Shown one piece after another: positions 1 to 9,923 of a stretch of 64,000 nucleotides of DNA (position 1 is the first letter of the stretch; the number at the start of each line of letters is the position of its first letter). Location of the stretch: positions 8,075-72,074 of the forward strand of contig OY970216.1 in assembly GCA_963713955.1 (NCBI GenBank), read 5' to 3'. The notes under the pieces were generated by a model. The model saw only the letters and a list, made by a program, of their open reading frames with translations. It was not told where the DNA came from and searched no databases. The stretch comes from an uncultured bacterium (GTDB lineage: Bacteria > Patescibacteriota > Minisyncoccia > UBA6257 > GWB1-50-10). The position numbers and the translations under genes are program-made.

Positions 1-207
1 GCTTCCAATAATTGTATATTTAATTTTACCTGCACCTTCCCTCAGCTGTTTTTTATAAACGCTGGCACCAGATTCAGATGTGTATATAATTTGGGACATA
101 TGATCAAATTTACTCAAATATCTGACTATCTCAACCAATGATCTCTCACCGCCAGAAATATTGGGCGAAGTATGGGAAAGTGCGACGTGATGGATTACGG
201 TTTTCAT
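1..207 (-). CDS. glycosyltransferase, N-terminal fragment (GT4-like); the gene continues past the window start
   Basis: Minus-strand ATG at 205-207 forms an ATGA overlap with the stop of the next ORF. The translation begins MKTVIHHVALSHTSPNISGGERSLVEIVRYL, which resembles the GT-B glycine-rich N-terminus. Confidence 0.4.
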   Translation of the reverse strand, partial: MKTVIHHVALSHTSPNISGGERSLVEIVRYLSKFDHMSQIIYTSESGASVYKKQLREGAGKIKYTIIGS

Positions 208-1313
208 ATTTTGATCCGTTCTGCGACCTTTTTAAAAATCACTTCCCATTCGTACGTAGATAGTACTTTCTTTTTTTCTGCAATGTTAAAATGAAAACGC
301 AGCAATCTGTCTTCCAATGACTCAGACAATTCCCCGAAGGAGCTGTATATTATGCCGAATTTTTTAAGTTCTTCGGGAATATAAGCCGTACTATTGGTTA
401 TATATGGTAAGTTATAATTTAAATACTCTTTTACTTTAAGGCTATCCCCGTAATATACGTGATCACCGGTATTGCCACCAAAGAAATAGGGTGCGATGCC
501 AAATAATTTTTTTTCGATTTTATCAAGAAAATCTTTGATTTCCTGTTGATTTTTATAACCAAGGTACTTAATTTTATCAGACAAGTTACGTTCTTTTATA
601 ATTTCCCGCAAATTAGCCGACATTTCGCCGCTACCGATAATATATAAGCTGACAGAACAATGATTTTTAATATAAAAATAATTCAAGAAATCAACGATAC
701 CATGTTGTTTAGTAATTGAACCCATATATAAAAAAGCTACCTCTCCGAAACCAGAAAAGTCTTTTTGAAACTCGATCGGTTTAACGCCGTTAGTAATGTT
801 GACGGTATTTTCTTCTTTTAGACCATGGAACTTCTGTCGAGCCATAGCCTGCCGGGGAGATTGGTTGATAGTCAAAATTGAATACTTGCAGGCCAAAGTC
901 TCGGAAAGGAGATAAAGTCCATTGAGGGCCTGGTTTAAAAATCTTTTTCTTGAATAATCAACTCCCCAGAAATAAACATTCCTCTTCAGTTGCTTTTCAA
1001 AAAAGATGAAAGGGGCAACATTAAAACTTCCAAAGGAAATAATTTTATCAATTTGCCTTCCGAGCTTAATCGACACCATCATTGAAACACAAAAGTTCTT
1101 ACAAAGATTCAGTATCTCATTATTGATCTTTTTATATCTTTTCAAAATGGCATCTTGACCACCGGAATAAAAAACTAACTCCGAAAATTTAGAATCGGCA
1201 GAAAAGAAAGGGTGCTTTAGGACAAAAAAACTTTTCTTTTGTTCCTTCAGATAATCGATAAAAAAATCCGTCACTCCTCGACACTCTGTAAAATGAGAAA
1301 CGATTAGCATCAT
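204..1313 (-). CDS. GT-B fold glycosyltransferase (group 1 / GT4-like)
   Basis: 369-aa ORF with a GT-B-like layout, sitting in a cluster of glycosyltransferases. Confidence 0.5.
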   Translation of the reverse strand: MMLIVSHFTECRGVTDFFIDYLKEQKKSFFVLKHPFFSADSKFSELVFYSGGQDAILKRYKKINNEILNLCKNFCVSMMVSIKLGRQIDKIISFGSFNVAPFIFFEKQLKRNVYFWGVDYSRKRFLNQALNGLYLLSETLACKYSILTINQSPRQAMARQKFHGLKEENTVNITNGVKPIEFQKDFSGFGEVAFLYMGSITKQHGIVDFLNYFYIKNHCSVSLYIIGSGEMSANLREIIKERNLSDKIKYLGYKNQQEIKDFLDKIEKKLFGIAPYFFGGNTGDHVYYGDSLKVKEYLNYNLPYITNSTAYIPEELKKFGIIYSSFGELSESLEDRLLRFHFNIAEKKKVLSTYEWEVIFKKVAERIKI

Positions 1314-1344
1314 TTTCTTCTTGGGATAGGTTAGATTGACGCGT

Positions 1345-2196
1345 TCACGCTGCTCTGTTTTTACTTATTAAATATCCCACCCCGCCGACGACAAACTCAC
1401 AGGTTTTCATAAAGAGCATTCCAAGGCCGATAGGCGGATTTTTGAAAAGTTTGATAGGGTGAGCGAAAAACAACATATATCGCGCCGGAGTACTAATCTG
1501 CTCTGCCGCAAATACCTCACTTTTATTCGCGTCTTTGTATAGATGAAAGTTTTTTGCATAATAAAATTTCTTTTTAATGGTCTTAGCGAGACTAATCTTC
1601 CCTTCGTTATGGTAAATAAAATTGCTGATCCTAATAATTCTTCCTCCTTTCTTCACCCTCTGTGACAAATCCCAATCCTCGCCACTTATCATCGCCTCGT
1701 TATATCCCCCGCTTTTACTAAAAATCTCCTTTTTAAAAAACCTGGCCGCCTCCATCCAGTCCACTCCCACATAAAAACTTCTCTCTAATTTTTTGCACTT
1801 AGCCCAAAATCCTTCGCCGAACGACTCCTCGGGGATTGCAATGGCCACCGCACGCGAATCGCTCCGTATTTTTTCAACACATTCGAAAACTATCTTCTTG
1901 GATAGTTCCATATCACTGTCAATGAATAATACATATTCCCCACTCGCCTGCGCTGCCCCAAAATTTCTCTGGGCGCTTCTCTCCGGTCCTTCATTAAAAA
2001 CTTTGTCGGTATATTTTTTGGCAATTTCTTTGGTATTGTCGGTACTGTTATTATCAATAACTATCAACTCAGTACTTTCATATGTCTGATTTTCTATGGA
2101 TTTTAAACACGCGTCAAGCGTTCTTGAAGAATTTTTGGTCGGAATGATAACGGAAACCAATGGATTTGTCGTCATATAACCTGTGAATGTAGACAC
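1345..2196 (-). CDS. family 2 glycosyltransferase
   Basis: N-terminus VSVIIPTKNSSRTLDACLKSIENQTY...ELIVIDNNSTDNT is the GT2 (GT-A) signature. Confidence 0.7.
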   Translation of the reverse strand: MSTFTGYMTTNPLVSVIIPTKNSSRTLDACLKSIENQTYESTELIVIDNNSTDNTKEIAKKYTDKVFNEGPERSAQRNFGAAQASGEYVLFIDSDMELSKKIVFECVEKIRSDSRAVAIAIPEESFGEGFWAKCKKLERSFYVGVDWMEAARFFKKEIFSKSGGYNEAMISGEDWDLSQRVKKGGRIIRISNFIYHNEGKISLAKTIKKKFYYAKNFHLYKDANKSEVFAAEQISTPARYMLFFAHPIKLFKNPPIGLGMLFMKTCEFVVGGVGYLISKNRAA

Positions 2197-2218
2197 GTTT
2201 TAAGGTCTCAGTGCCATA

Positions 2219-2947
2219 TTAGGGCAATGGCCTTATTTTCCACTTTTTTAGATATTCTTCCACTTCGTCCCATTTTTCCTTTGTGTCGACGCCTTTTGAA
2301 TAATCGCCAGATTCATAACCATAGAACTTTTCATGATGCCGAAGAAGATTCGGCAGAAGATCCTTCCCTATCTCATAATACAAGTCATCTGGAATATAAG
2401 AAAGTATCCTTTTCTTCAGAATAAATACACCCCGCATACGATGCGCATTCACATATTTCTCAGGATGAGGTTTCGGATGAATGGCAATGAATTCTCCCTT
2501 TTGGCTGATTTCCGCCACATCAGCGTCAGCATAGTTCTCTGTTTTCTGCACGAGCTGTATCCCGACGGCATCTTTCTTTCCATGCCATGCTTTTTCCATT
2601 GCCCTATAATCGACGAGGCTAAAGACGTCTCCATAAATCAAAAAAAAACTCTGGTCAAGATTCTTAAACGCCTTAAGTGCCCCGGCCGTCCCCAAGATCT
2701 CCGGCTCAAAATGATAGTTAATCTTCACGCCCCACGATGCACCATCTCCAAAATAATCTTTGATAACGTCAGGTAAATAGTGGAGGTTGATAAAAAATTC
2801 TTGGATGCCGTATTTTTTAAATTGCAAAATATTCCATTCAAGCATCGGCTTGCTGAGAATCGGGATCATGACTTTCGGCATCGTATCGGTATAGGGCTGC
2901 AGCCGCGTCCCTAATCCAGCGCAAAGGATAACGGCTTGCTTGATCAT
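2219..2947 (-). CDS. sugar-phosphate nucleotidyltransferase, probably D-glycero-D-manno-heptose 1-phosphate guanylyltransferase (HddC-like)
   Basis: N-terminus AVILCAGLGTRLQPYTDTMPKVMIPI is the nucleotidyltransferase G-x-G-T-R-L motif; the gene lies directly beside gmhB and gmhA. Confidence 0.6.
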   Translation of the reverse strand: MIKQAVILCAGLGTRLQPYTDTMPKVMIPILSKPMLEWNILQFKKYGIQEFFINLHYLPDVIKDYFGDGASWGVKINYHFEPEILGTAGALKAFKNLDQSFFLIYGDVFSLVDYRAMEKAWHGKKDAVGIQLVQKTENYADADVAEISQKGEFIAIHPKPHPEKYVNAHRMRGVFILKKRILSYIPDDLYYEIGKDLLPNLLRHHEKFYGYESGDYSKGVDTKEKWDEVEEYLKKWKIRPLP

Positions 2948-3579
2948 CGTTGTTTTTCTCTTTGTATGATTTTTACGGCTCGTCGGAGATCCTGCGCGAT
3001 AAAATTTGGCGTACCTTCATAGTGCCATAGGTCACTGCCGCCATGTCCGGTTCTCACGAGGATCATGCTCACCCCGGCACGATTGCCGGCAAGGACATCC
3101 CGCGTGCTATCGCCCACAAGAAAGCTCCTTTTTAAATCTATGCCGAGATCCTTCGCCGCGGCGAAGATCATACCTGGTGCTGGTTTGCGACAACCGCAAA
3201 CCATCCTATATTTTTTGATGTTCGCCTGCGGATGATGAGGGCAATAGTAGAAAGCATCGATCCGCGCGCCACGGCCAGCAAGGCGCCGGAAGATAAGCTC
3301 ATGCACGGCATCCACGTCGGCAGGCGTCGCCATACCCCGCGCGACAACCGGTTGATTGGTCGCAACAACTACCGCATAGCCAAGATCGTTAATTGTTTTG
3401 ATCGCCTGAACGGCACCCGAAAGTAGACGCACCCCCGAGGGCGAGCAGAGTAACTCGACCTGCTGGATGATCGTTCCGTCCCGGTCCAAAAAGACCGCAG
3501 GACGTTTCACTTTCCTGTTACGGATTCCCACTTTCCTTTCTGCGTCTGGAATTTTGGATGTGAAACAATGAGATGCCAT
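2944..3579 (-). CDS. gmhB: D,D-heptose 1,7-bisphosphate phosphatase (HAD-IIIA, GmhB-like)
   Basis: Motifs FLDRDGT, VVATNQ and the GmhB Zn-finger CxH...CxCRKP. The first ATG (3648) overlaps gmhA, so the internal ATG at 3579 or a later non-ATG start is more likely. Confidence 0.65.
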   Translation of the reverse strand: MASHCFTSKIPDAERKVGIRNRKVKRPAVFLDRDGTIIQQVELLCSPSGVRLLSGAVQAIKTINDLGYAVVVATNQPVVARGMATPADVDAVHELIFRRLAGRGARIDAFYYCPHHPQANIKKYRMVCGCRKPAPGMIFAAAKDLGIDLKRSFLVGDSTRDVLAGNRAGVSMILVRTGHGGSDLWHYEGTPNFIAQDLRRAVKIIQREKQR

Positions 3580-4115
3580 ATGACTGCTTGAAATTCCTCC
3601 GTATGTGGCGTCACGGTTTCCGGACTCACGACCGGCACGATCACACACACATCGGCAACTTGTTTGGTATAGCCACCGTCGCGACCGACGACCCCCATTA
3701 TTTTAGCATGTTTCTTTTTTGCTAATTTTAAGGCTTCCACGATATTCAGGCTGATGTTTTTCTCCGAATCACCGCCGCCGACCGAAAACACCAATACCGC
3801 GTCTCTTTCATTCAAATGACTGCCAATGAGCCAATTGGAAAAGATGGTATGCCATCCATCATCATTCGCCCGGGCCGTAAGCTCAGAAACATTATCAACG
3901 GGCGTATAAGTCTCGATAGCGGTAAGTTTTCGGAAATCGTTCACCGCATGGCTTGCATGCCCCGCACCGCCGCCGATCCCTATGACAAAAAGGCGCCCCT
4001 GTTTCTCGCGGACATCCGCGAGGACGTTGATCATTTGGTTCACCGCGTCATGATCGATCTTTCCCGCGATTTCGCCAACTTCCTTGAAGTACGACGCGAT
4101 ATAATCTTTATACAT
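3507..4115 (-). CDS. gmhA: phosphoheptose isomerase (SIS domain, GmhA-like)
   Basis: SIS-domain motifs GRLFVIGIGGGAGHASH and VFSVGGGDSEKNISL. Confidence 0.7.
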   Translation of the reverse strand: MYKDYIASYFKEVGEIAGKIDHDAVNQMINVLADVREKQGRLFVIGIGGGAGHASHAVNDFRKLTAIETYTPVDNVSELTARANDDGWHTIFSNWLIGSHLNERDAVLVFSVGGGDSEKNISLNIVEALKLAKKKHAKIMGVVGRDGGYTKQVADVCVIVPVVSPETVTPHTEEFQAVIWHLIVSHPKFQTQKGKWESVTGK

Positions 4116-4117
4116 AG

Positions 4118-4837
4118 TTATAATTTATATCCTGCCTTTTGTCCGTCATCGTAGAACATCTTCACGGTATCCACCGAAAAATCCTCGAGCGGATAACCGG
4201 CCTTCCCCACCTTCTTCAGGAGGTCCGGTGTCACTGTAATAATGTCCGATCCCGCCTCTTCCGCATGGAAAATGTTCAAGAACTCGCGGGGGCTCGCCCA
4301 CAGAAGTTCAAACTTCGGATATGCCACGAGAAGCGATTTCGCCTCCTTCATTAAAGGAAGCGGATCGACACCCGTATCCGCAATCCTGCCCGCGAAGACG
4401 GAGATGATCGCCGGGATTTCGGGCGAGAGCGACGTGACCGTTCCCCTTACTTGGTCTATGGTAAAAACCGCCGTGACGTTCATTTTCACGCCATCGGTCG
4501 CCAAACGCTTGATGAGACTGTAGGATGGTTCCCGTTTTGTATTGGTGATCGGAATCTTCACATACACATTGTCACCCCATGAAGCGATGAGGCGCGCCTG
4601 TCGCTCCATCTCCCCAAAATCGTCGGAGAACACCTCGAACGATATTGGTCGGTCCTTGATCATGGAAAGGATGTCCTTCGCAAAACCAGCATAATCGGTA
4701 ATGCCCGCCCTACACATCAGAGTCGGATTCGTTGTGAAACCCCTGATATACGGCCGCGTAGCCATATCCAACATGCTCGCTTTTTCCGCGCAGTCAGCAA
4801 ATATTTTTATTCGTAATTCTTCAAATTTCTTAGCCAC
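4118..4837 (-). CDS. transaldolase / fructose-6-phosphate aldolase family protein; candidate sedoheptulose-7-P supplier
   Basis: TIM-barrel transaldolase-like motifs (TTNPTL, catalytic-Lys region VKIP), sitting in the heptose cluster. Confidence 0.6.
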   Translation of the reverse strand: MAKKFEELRIKIFADCAEKASMLDMATRPYIRGFTTNPTLMCRAGITDYAGFAKDILSMIKDRPISFEVFSDDFGEMERQARLIASWGDNVYVKIPITNTKREPSYSLIKRLATDGVKMNVTAVFTIDQVRGTVTSLSPEIPAIISVFAGRIADTGVDPLPLMKEAKSLLVAYPKFELLWASPREFLNIFHAEEAGSDIITVTPDLLKKVGKAGYPLEDFSVDTVKMFYDDGQKAGYKL

Positions 4838-4865
4838 ATCTTTATTATAATACTCACGGACTATT

Positions 4866-6890
4866 TTAAATATGACTGTTCGGTCTGTAATCCTGTTCTA
4901 TCCTTGACCGTAGATTCAGACCAGTAGAAACGCTGGTAATGATCTTGCCTGACAAAACCGAATAACAGCCGAAACCGTGGCTCGTAACGGTGGTAGGCCG
5001 GGCATCACTCAGGGACGACGAAGATTCAACTGGTAGAGTTATATACATTGAACCGAAATACCGCGCTTGTTTTAATATGGGGAACCATATAAGACATCTC
5101 TCCAGCATCTTCGGCCACTTCGTTTTTACTCCACTTCTCCATTTTTCAAAAGCATGGTTATCAAATCTGGAGACTTTTTTACGCACAGAAAGAGGTACGT
5201 CGCCGAAAGTATATCTATTACCATGCCCAGTCGGAACCAGTGTGGCGAATGGGCCATCCATAATGGTTACCGCGCATTTCTGGGGTCCATCGATATCGAG
5301 CAAAACGAGCTCTTTGAATCTATACTGGAGATCCTTCAATGGAAAGCCTAACCATTGGCAAAAGACATTGTAATCCGCGTATGTTGCGTTTATTACAATG
5401 TCATAGTCGCCGTGACCTTTTTGTCCGTTTTTATTTATCCATTCCAATCTCTTTCGGCCATCGGGCAAAAACTTGGCCGAAGTGACCTCGTGTCCCAAAT
5501 GTACGTTTAATTTAGGCATACCCTTCATCCTTTTTTTGATTAAGGACTTCAAGGCTTCATAATCGTAAATTTGCTCGCCGGTCTTTACTGAAACCGAGAC
5601 GGTGTTTCGATTCAAGAACCCAGCGGGCGGATATCCTTCCGTAAATTTTAACCCCATACTTTTGCAGGTTCTCAAAAATTGTTCTGGTGATGTATATGAA
5701 CCTCGGTTAGGCACACAGTAGTAACTCGGGAAATTACCTACGACAATACTTCGGTAAAAGCTCTCAAAGTTTTTAGTGGCCGACTTTATTTCTTCGATAG
5801 TCTTAAGACTTCTGGGGTAATGAAAACCTTGATGATGGCGATATTGATTAGCATAGGAAGCTTTTTTAAGGATGTCTTCCTCCCGCTCAAAAAGATCAAC
5901 CTCGAATTTTTCTGCTAATATTAAACCTGCAGTTGCCCCAAAAATTCCGCCGCCGATTATGGCCACTTTGGGTTTGTCTTTTTTTATCACGCTTGCCCGC
6001 TCGGCGACACCAGTAACCCTGACGACATCCCGCGCGCCGATGACGATTCTTCCGCCATTAACCTCGTTAATAAAAGTGTGGAGTTCGTCTTCTAGGGGTT
6101 CCGTCCATATTTTGATTATTTTTCGTTTAGAACCGTTCCGATCTTCTGTTGTAACTATAGATAAAGCAAAATCAGCAGTAATTTTGGTCACTAAACCGTT
6201 CTTTTTAGAAACAAATGTTAAGGATCGGATCTTCTCTCCTGCCCGCCACCCAATTGTAAGGTCAACGTTTAAATTCGGAGCATATCGCATTTCGACCCTC
6301 GTTAAACTGTCAGAACCAGCAGAATGAACGACTTCGGGTTCCTTGCCAATTAAAAAATCTAAAATATCAAAAAGGTGTAATTCCTCAAAAGAAGCCTTAT
6401 CTCCCCTCTTATACGTTTCAGAAGGACTGATAAATTGGCCGGAGACCGAGACGATGTGACTGACGTCTAATGTCTTTTTTAAAAATTTGGTCACGGGATG
6501 AAACCTATAAATATGCCCCGCCATGAGAACCTTCTTATTCTTTAATGCCAGATCATAAAGATAATTAGCTTCGCTCGGACTAAATGCCAATGGCTTTTCG
6601 ACAAAAACATGAGCTTGCTTTAAAGCGGCTCTGGCCAAGTTCTGATGTGTCTCCCCTGGCGTGACTATATCGACAGCATCAACCCCAATAAAAAGATCGG
6701 TTCTCACCCCACGATAGACTGGTATAGATAATTCTTTTGACAATTCTTCCTGAGCCCTCCTGCTTTTCACAACCACTCCGACCAATCTTAGAAGTCCGTT
6801 CCTATCCAACTTCTGAAGCACTCTTAGGTGGTTTTCCCCAAACTGGCCCGCCCCTATCAATAGCACCCTAGGAATCAGTTTATTTGACAT
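4866..6890 (-). CDS. fusion oxidoreductase: N-terminal Gfo/Idh/MocA-family domain plus C-terminal FAD/NAD(P)-binding oxidoreductase
   Basis: N-terminal VLLIGAGQFG Rossmann fold and the EKP motif (VEKPLA); from about residue 330, KPKVAIIGGGIFGATAG is a second dinucleotide-binding fold typical of FAD-dependent oxidoreductases. The start is taken at MSNKLIP (6890) to avoid overlap with the kinase gene. Confidence 0.55.
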   Translation of the reverse strand: MSNKLIPRVLLIGAGQFGENHLRVLQKLDRNGLLRLVGVVVKSRRAQEELSKELSIPVYRGVRTDLFIGVDAVDIVTPGETHQNLARAALKQAHVFVEKPLAFSPSEANYLYDLALKNKKVLMAGHIYRFHPVTKFLKKTLDVSHIVSVSGQFISPSETYKRGDKASFEELHLFDILDFLIGKEPEVVHSAGSDSLTRVEMRYAPNLNVDLTIGWRAGEKIRSLTFVSKKNGLVTKITADFALSIVTTEDRNGSKRKIIKIWTEPLEDELHTFINEVNGGRIVIGARDVVRVTGVAERASVIKKDKPKVAIIGGGIFGATAGLILAEKFEVDLFEREEDILKKASYANQYRHHQGFHYPRSLKTIEEIKSATKNFESFYRSIVVGNFPSYYCVPNRGSYTSPEQFLRTCKSMGLKFTEGYPPAGFLNRNTVSVSVKTGEQIYDYEALKSLIKKRMKGMPKLNVHLGHEVTSAKFLPDGRKRLEWINKNGQKGHGDYDIVINATYADYNVFCQWLGFPLKDLQYRFKELVLLDIDGPQKCAVTIMDGPFATLVPTGHGNRYTFGDVPLSVRKKVSRFDNHAFEKWRSGVKTKWPKMLERCLIWFPILKQARYFGSMYITLPVESSSSLSDARPTTVTSHGFGCYSVLSGKIITSVSTGLNLRSRIEQDYRPNSHI

Positions 6891-6912
6891 TAGTAATAAT
6901 ATCTTTGCTATT

Positions 6913-7899
6913 TTAAAAATCAGTGACAACTTTTGATCCCTCAAAATCGAAACGATACCGCATTTCCCTTAAACCAAAATTGCGCATTGTTTCCCTGGTG
7001 TTCTTTTGATCACCGGGAACATAAAAGGTGAAGAATCCTCCACCGCCAGCCCCAGAGATTTTGCCACCCAAGGCACCGCTCTGCAGGGCTGAGGCATATA
7101 TCTTGTCGAATATCGGGTTTGACATCTTTGTTGATATCTTCTTTTTGTATTGCCAGTGTTCATCAAACATCTTGCCGATGGCGTCAATATTGCCGGCCTC
7201 CGCTGCTTCAAGGATCTTATAGCCAAGCTCTTTGATAAAATGCATACTCTCCACCACGTCCTTCTTTTTCTCTTTTACACCGCTTGATTGTTCTTGCAAG
7301 ATTTCGTCGGCACTTCGTGTCTGTCCGGTAAAAAAAACGAGAAGGTTGTTATTGAGATTATCGGCCGTTTCCATGGAGATGTTCGCCTTGCGGATATTCA
7401 CTTTCCCGTTCTTCTCGATATCGAGAACCGTTAGCCCGCCGAATGCAGCCATGTACGGATCTTGTTTTCCGATGGGACGTTTTAAAAGCTCTGCCTCAAT
7501 ATGAAAATCTTCTTCCGCCAGTTGATCAAGCGATACATACTCTCGCCTGAGCGTATGAAGCGTATGTAAAAGACCGACCGTGTAACAGCTTGACGAACCG
7601 AGACCTGTTCCTCCGGGGATATCCGATATGGAGCTAATCTCAATATTCTTTTTTATGCCTAAATATTGCAATACTTTCTTAGCAAGATCGTTTTTTAGTT
7701 CATCCGCACTTTTTACGGTTTCTGCTTTGGAATATTTCAGCCGGACTAAATCGTCCGCAACCGAACGATTTGCATCAATAAACATATACTTATTGATCCC
7801 TGCGGAAAAAATAAAACCGCCGTATTTTTTATAATACGCCGGCAAATCGGTGCCACCGCCACCCAATGTTATTCGGAACGGAGTTCGTGTGACAATCAT
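6913..7899 (-). CDS. GHMP-family sugar kinase, probably D-glycero-D-manno-heptose 7-phosphate kinase (HddA-like)
   Basis: GHMP motif PGGTGLGSSSCYTVGLL, within the heptose pathway cluster. Confidence 0.6.
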   Translation of the reverse strand: MIVTRTPFRITLGGGGTDLPAYYKKYGGFIFSAGINKYMFIDANRSVADDLVRLKYSKAETVKSADELKNDLAKKVLQYLGIKKNIEISSISDIPGGTGLGSSSCYTVGLLHTLHTLRREYVSLDQLAEEDFHIEAELLKRPIGKQDPYMAAFGGLTVLDIEKNGKVNIRKANISMETADNLNNNLLVFFTGQTRSADEILQEQSSGVKEKKKDVVESMHFIKELGYKILEAAEAGNIDAIGKMFDEHWQYKKKISTKMSNPIFDKIYASALQSGALGGKISGAGGGGFFTFYVPGDQKNTRETMRNFGLREMRYRFDFEGSKVVTDF

Positions 7900-7905
7900 A
7901 TCTCT

Positions 7906-8961
7906 TTATAAATTTATTCTGCTCATAACCTGACTTGTTTCTATTTTACCGATTCCACTATTCAGCCCTTTCGGCACTACTCTCTTCAGATCGTATCGGT
8001 ACCACGGCTTGAAGTTTTCCGGACGCACCAAGGTAACCAAATCCCTATCATAGGGCAGACTCCATTTATCATTCGTCGAAGCCCACAAAGTCACTATTTT
8101 CTTCCCCAAGGCAACGGCCAGGTGGCCGAATCCGTTATCGTTACAGATAAGCATTTCAACTTGGTCCAGAACTCCCAAGGATTGGCCGAAGCTGATATCC
8201 TGTAACAGATGGCAGTTGTCTTTATCGTTTACCAACTGAGACAACCTGCTCCCCAGATCAATCTCGTCGGGACCCACGAAAATGAGTACCTTCTTCTTTT
8301 TTTCGCTTATCAGAAACTTCGCGACCTCGGCATACCTCTCGACCGGCCAGCGCCTAAGAAGCGCCGCCGGGGAATTCGTGGAGCCGGGATGAATTCCGAT
8401 TATGCTCCGGTTCTCCCAGCCCAAGTTTTTCACGTACTCTTTCCCGAATTCCACATCTTCTTTGTCGAGAGACAGATCATATCTTATATTTTCTTTCTTG
8501 ATCTCCGTTTCCCAAGATATCCCTAGAGCCTTCAATAAATTCAAGTTATTAATCACGTTGTGCTCGTTCTCGTCGACTTCAATCAAGTCGGTATTCAACC
8601 AATGCAATTCGGTGAAGTAGCCGCTCTTGAACCGATGAGCTATCCTCTTTTTCGCTCCAGCCAAGAAGTGAACGAGATGATACTCCCGCCGGTAGCATGG
8701 GAAAGCCAGGATGGAAACGTCGTACTTCTTTTTACGCAACTTGAGTGTTTGCATCAGCCCTTTCAATTTATTCTCGCCGTAAAGCGAGAGTCTATAAATA
8801 TCGTTAATGTTCGGATTGTTTTTAAAAACATATTCCACGCCGCCGAGCATACAGGCCACGTCGATTTCCGCGCCGGGTAGTTTTTCTTTCAAAAGCTTCA
8901 CCATCGGCGTCGCCATCAGGGAATCCCCTATTCCGGGTAGGCAAAAGACCAGAATTTTCAT
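7906..8961 (-). CDS. family 9 glycosyltransferase (heptosyltransferase-like)
   Basis: N-terminus MKILVFCLPGIGDSLMATPMV is the GT9 (ADP-heptose:LPS heptosyltransferase family) signature. Confidence 0.6.
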   Translation of the reverse strand: MKILVFCLPGIGDSLMATPMVKLLKEKLPGAEIDVACMLGGVEYVFKNNPNINDIYRLSLYGENKLKGLMQTLKLRKKKYDVSILAFPCYRREYHLVHFLAGAKKRIAHRFKSGYFTELHWLNTDLIEVDENEHNVINNLNLLKALGISWETEIKKENIRYDLSLDKEDVEFGKEYVKNLGWENRSIIGIHPGSTNSPAALLRRWPVERYAEVAKFLISEKKKKVLIFVGPDEIDLGSRLSQLVNDKDNCHLLQDISFGQSLGVLDQVEMLICNDNGFGHLAVALGKKIVTLWASTNDKWSLPYDRDLVTLVRPENFKPWYRYDLKRVVPKGLNSGIGKIETSQVMSRINL

Positions 8962-9917
8962 ATATTCTTTTTCCTTCGTATCACGTACATCGGGCGGTTC
9001 TCCACTTCACCATGGATATTGGCAATATAAAGGGCCATAAGCCCGAGACAACTCAGTATGATACCCACAAGGAACAGGATTATCACGGCCAATATGGCCG
9101 GACCCGAAAAACTCAGACTCAAGGGATCACCCAACACGAATCTCTCAACCAGAATAAACAACCCGAAAAGCCCGGAAAGAACGGTTATAAACCCCCCAAG
9201 ATAGCCGCTCACTCTCAAGGGAAACAAGCTGTTAGCCACAAGCGCCGAAAGAGCGAGCTTCACCAATTTCCCCGTCTTATAGCCCGCCTTTCCGGAGCTT
9301 CTCCCGTTGGCTTCAAAATAAACGTAGTCTCTCTTGAAACCCAGCCAGTTCAGGAGTCCCCGCGTCATCCGGAGGCGCTCGGTGAACCTGTTGAACTCGT
9401 CGATCACTTTCCGATCCACGAGGCGGTAATCAGTTTCGCAAGGGATGAGTTTCATGTCGCTGACCCGGTTCATGATTTTGTAAAACAAAAACGAGCCGAA
9501 TTTTTTCACGACCCCCTCGCCCTCATTCTTTTCCCGGATTCCTACGACCATTTCCGCACCGTTCTCCCACTTGGCCACGAACTCCGGGATAAGTTCCACG
9601 GGATGCTGGAGATCCGCATCCAAGATAATCGCTGCGTCCCCTTTAGCGTAATGGAGGCCGGCGGAAGTCGCTATTTCTTTGCCGAAGTTTCTTGAAAATT
9701 CCAGGTACTTGATTCCTTTGTTACCGGCAACCATCCTCTCTATCAATTCTGCGCTCCCGTCATTACTCCCGTCATTCACGAAAATGATCTCATAGCCATA
9801 TTTGTCTTCCAGTTTTTCCCAGACTTTCGCGAAAGCGTCACAAAGCGAGGGGATATTCTCTTCCTCGTTGTAAACGGGAAATATGACGGAAATGAGTTTT
9901 TTGCGGCTCCCCCTCAT
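8958..9917 (-). CDS. GT2 polyprenyl-phosphate glycosyltransferase (ArnC/GtrB/DPM1-like) with C-terminal TM helices
   Basis: ISVIFPVYNEEENI...IIFVNDGSNDGS...ILDADLQHP, followed by two C-terminal hydrophobic helices. Confidence 0.7.
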   Translation of the reverse strand: MRGSRKKLISVIFPVYNEEENIPSLCDAFAKVWEKLEDKYGYEIIFVNDGSNDGSAELIERMVAGNKGIKYLEFSRNFGKEIATSAGLHYAKGDAAIILDADLQHPVELIPEFVAKWENGAEMVVGIREKNEGEGVVKKFGSFLFYKIMNRVSDMKLIPCETDYRLVDRKVIDEFNRFTERLRMTRGLLNWLGFKRDYVYFEANGRSSGKAGYKTGKLVKLALSALVANSLFPLRVSGYLGGFITVLSGLFGLFILVERFVLGDPLSLSFSGPAILAVIILFLVGIILSCLGLMALYIANIHGEVENRPMYVIRRKKNI

Positions 9918-9923
9918 ACATAA

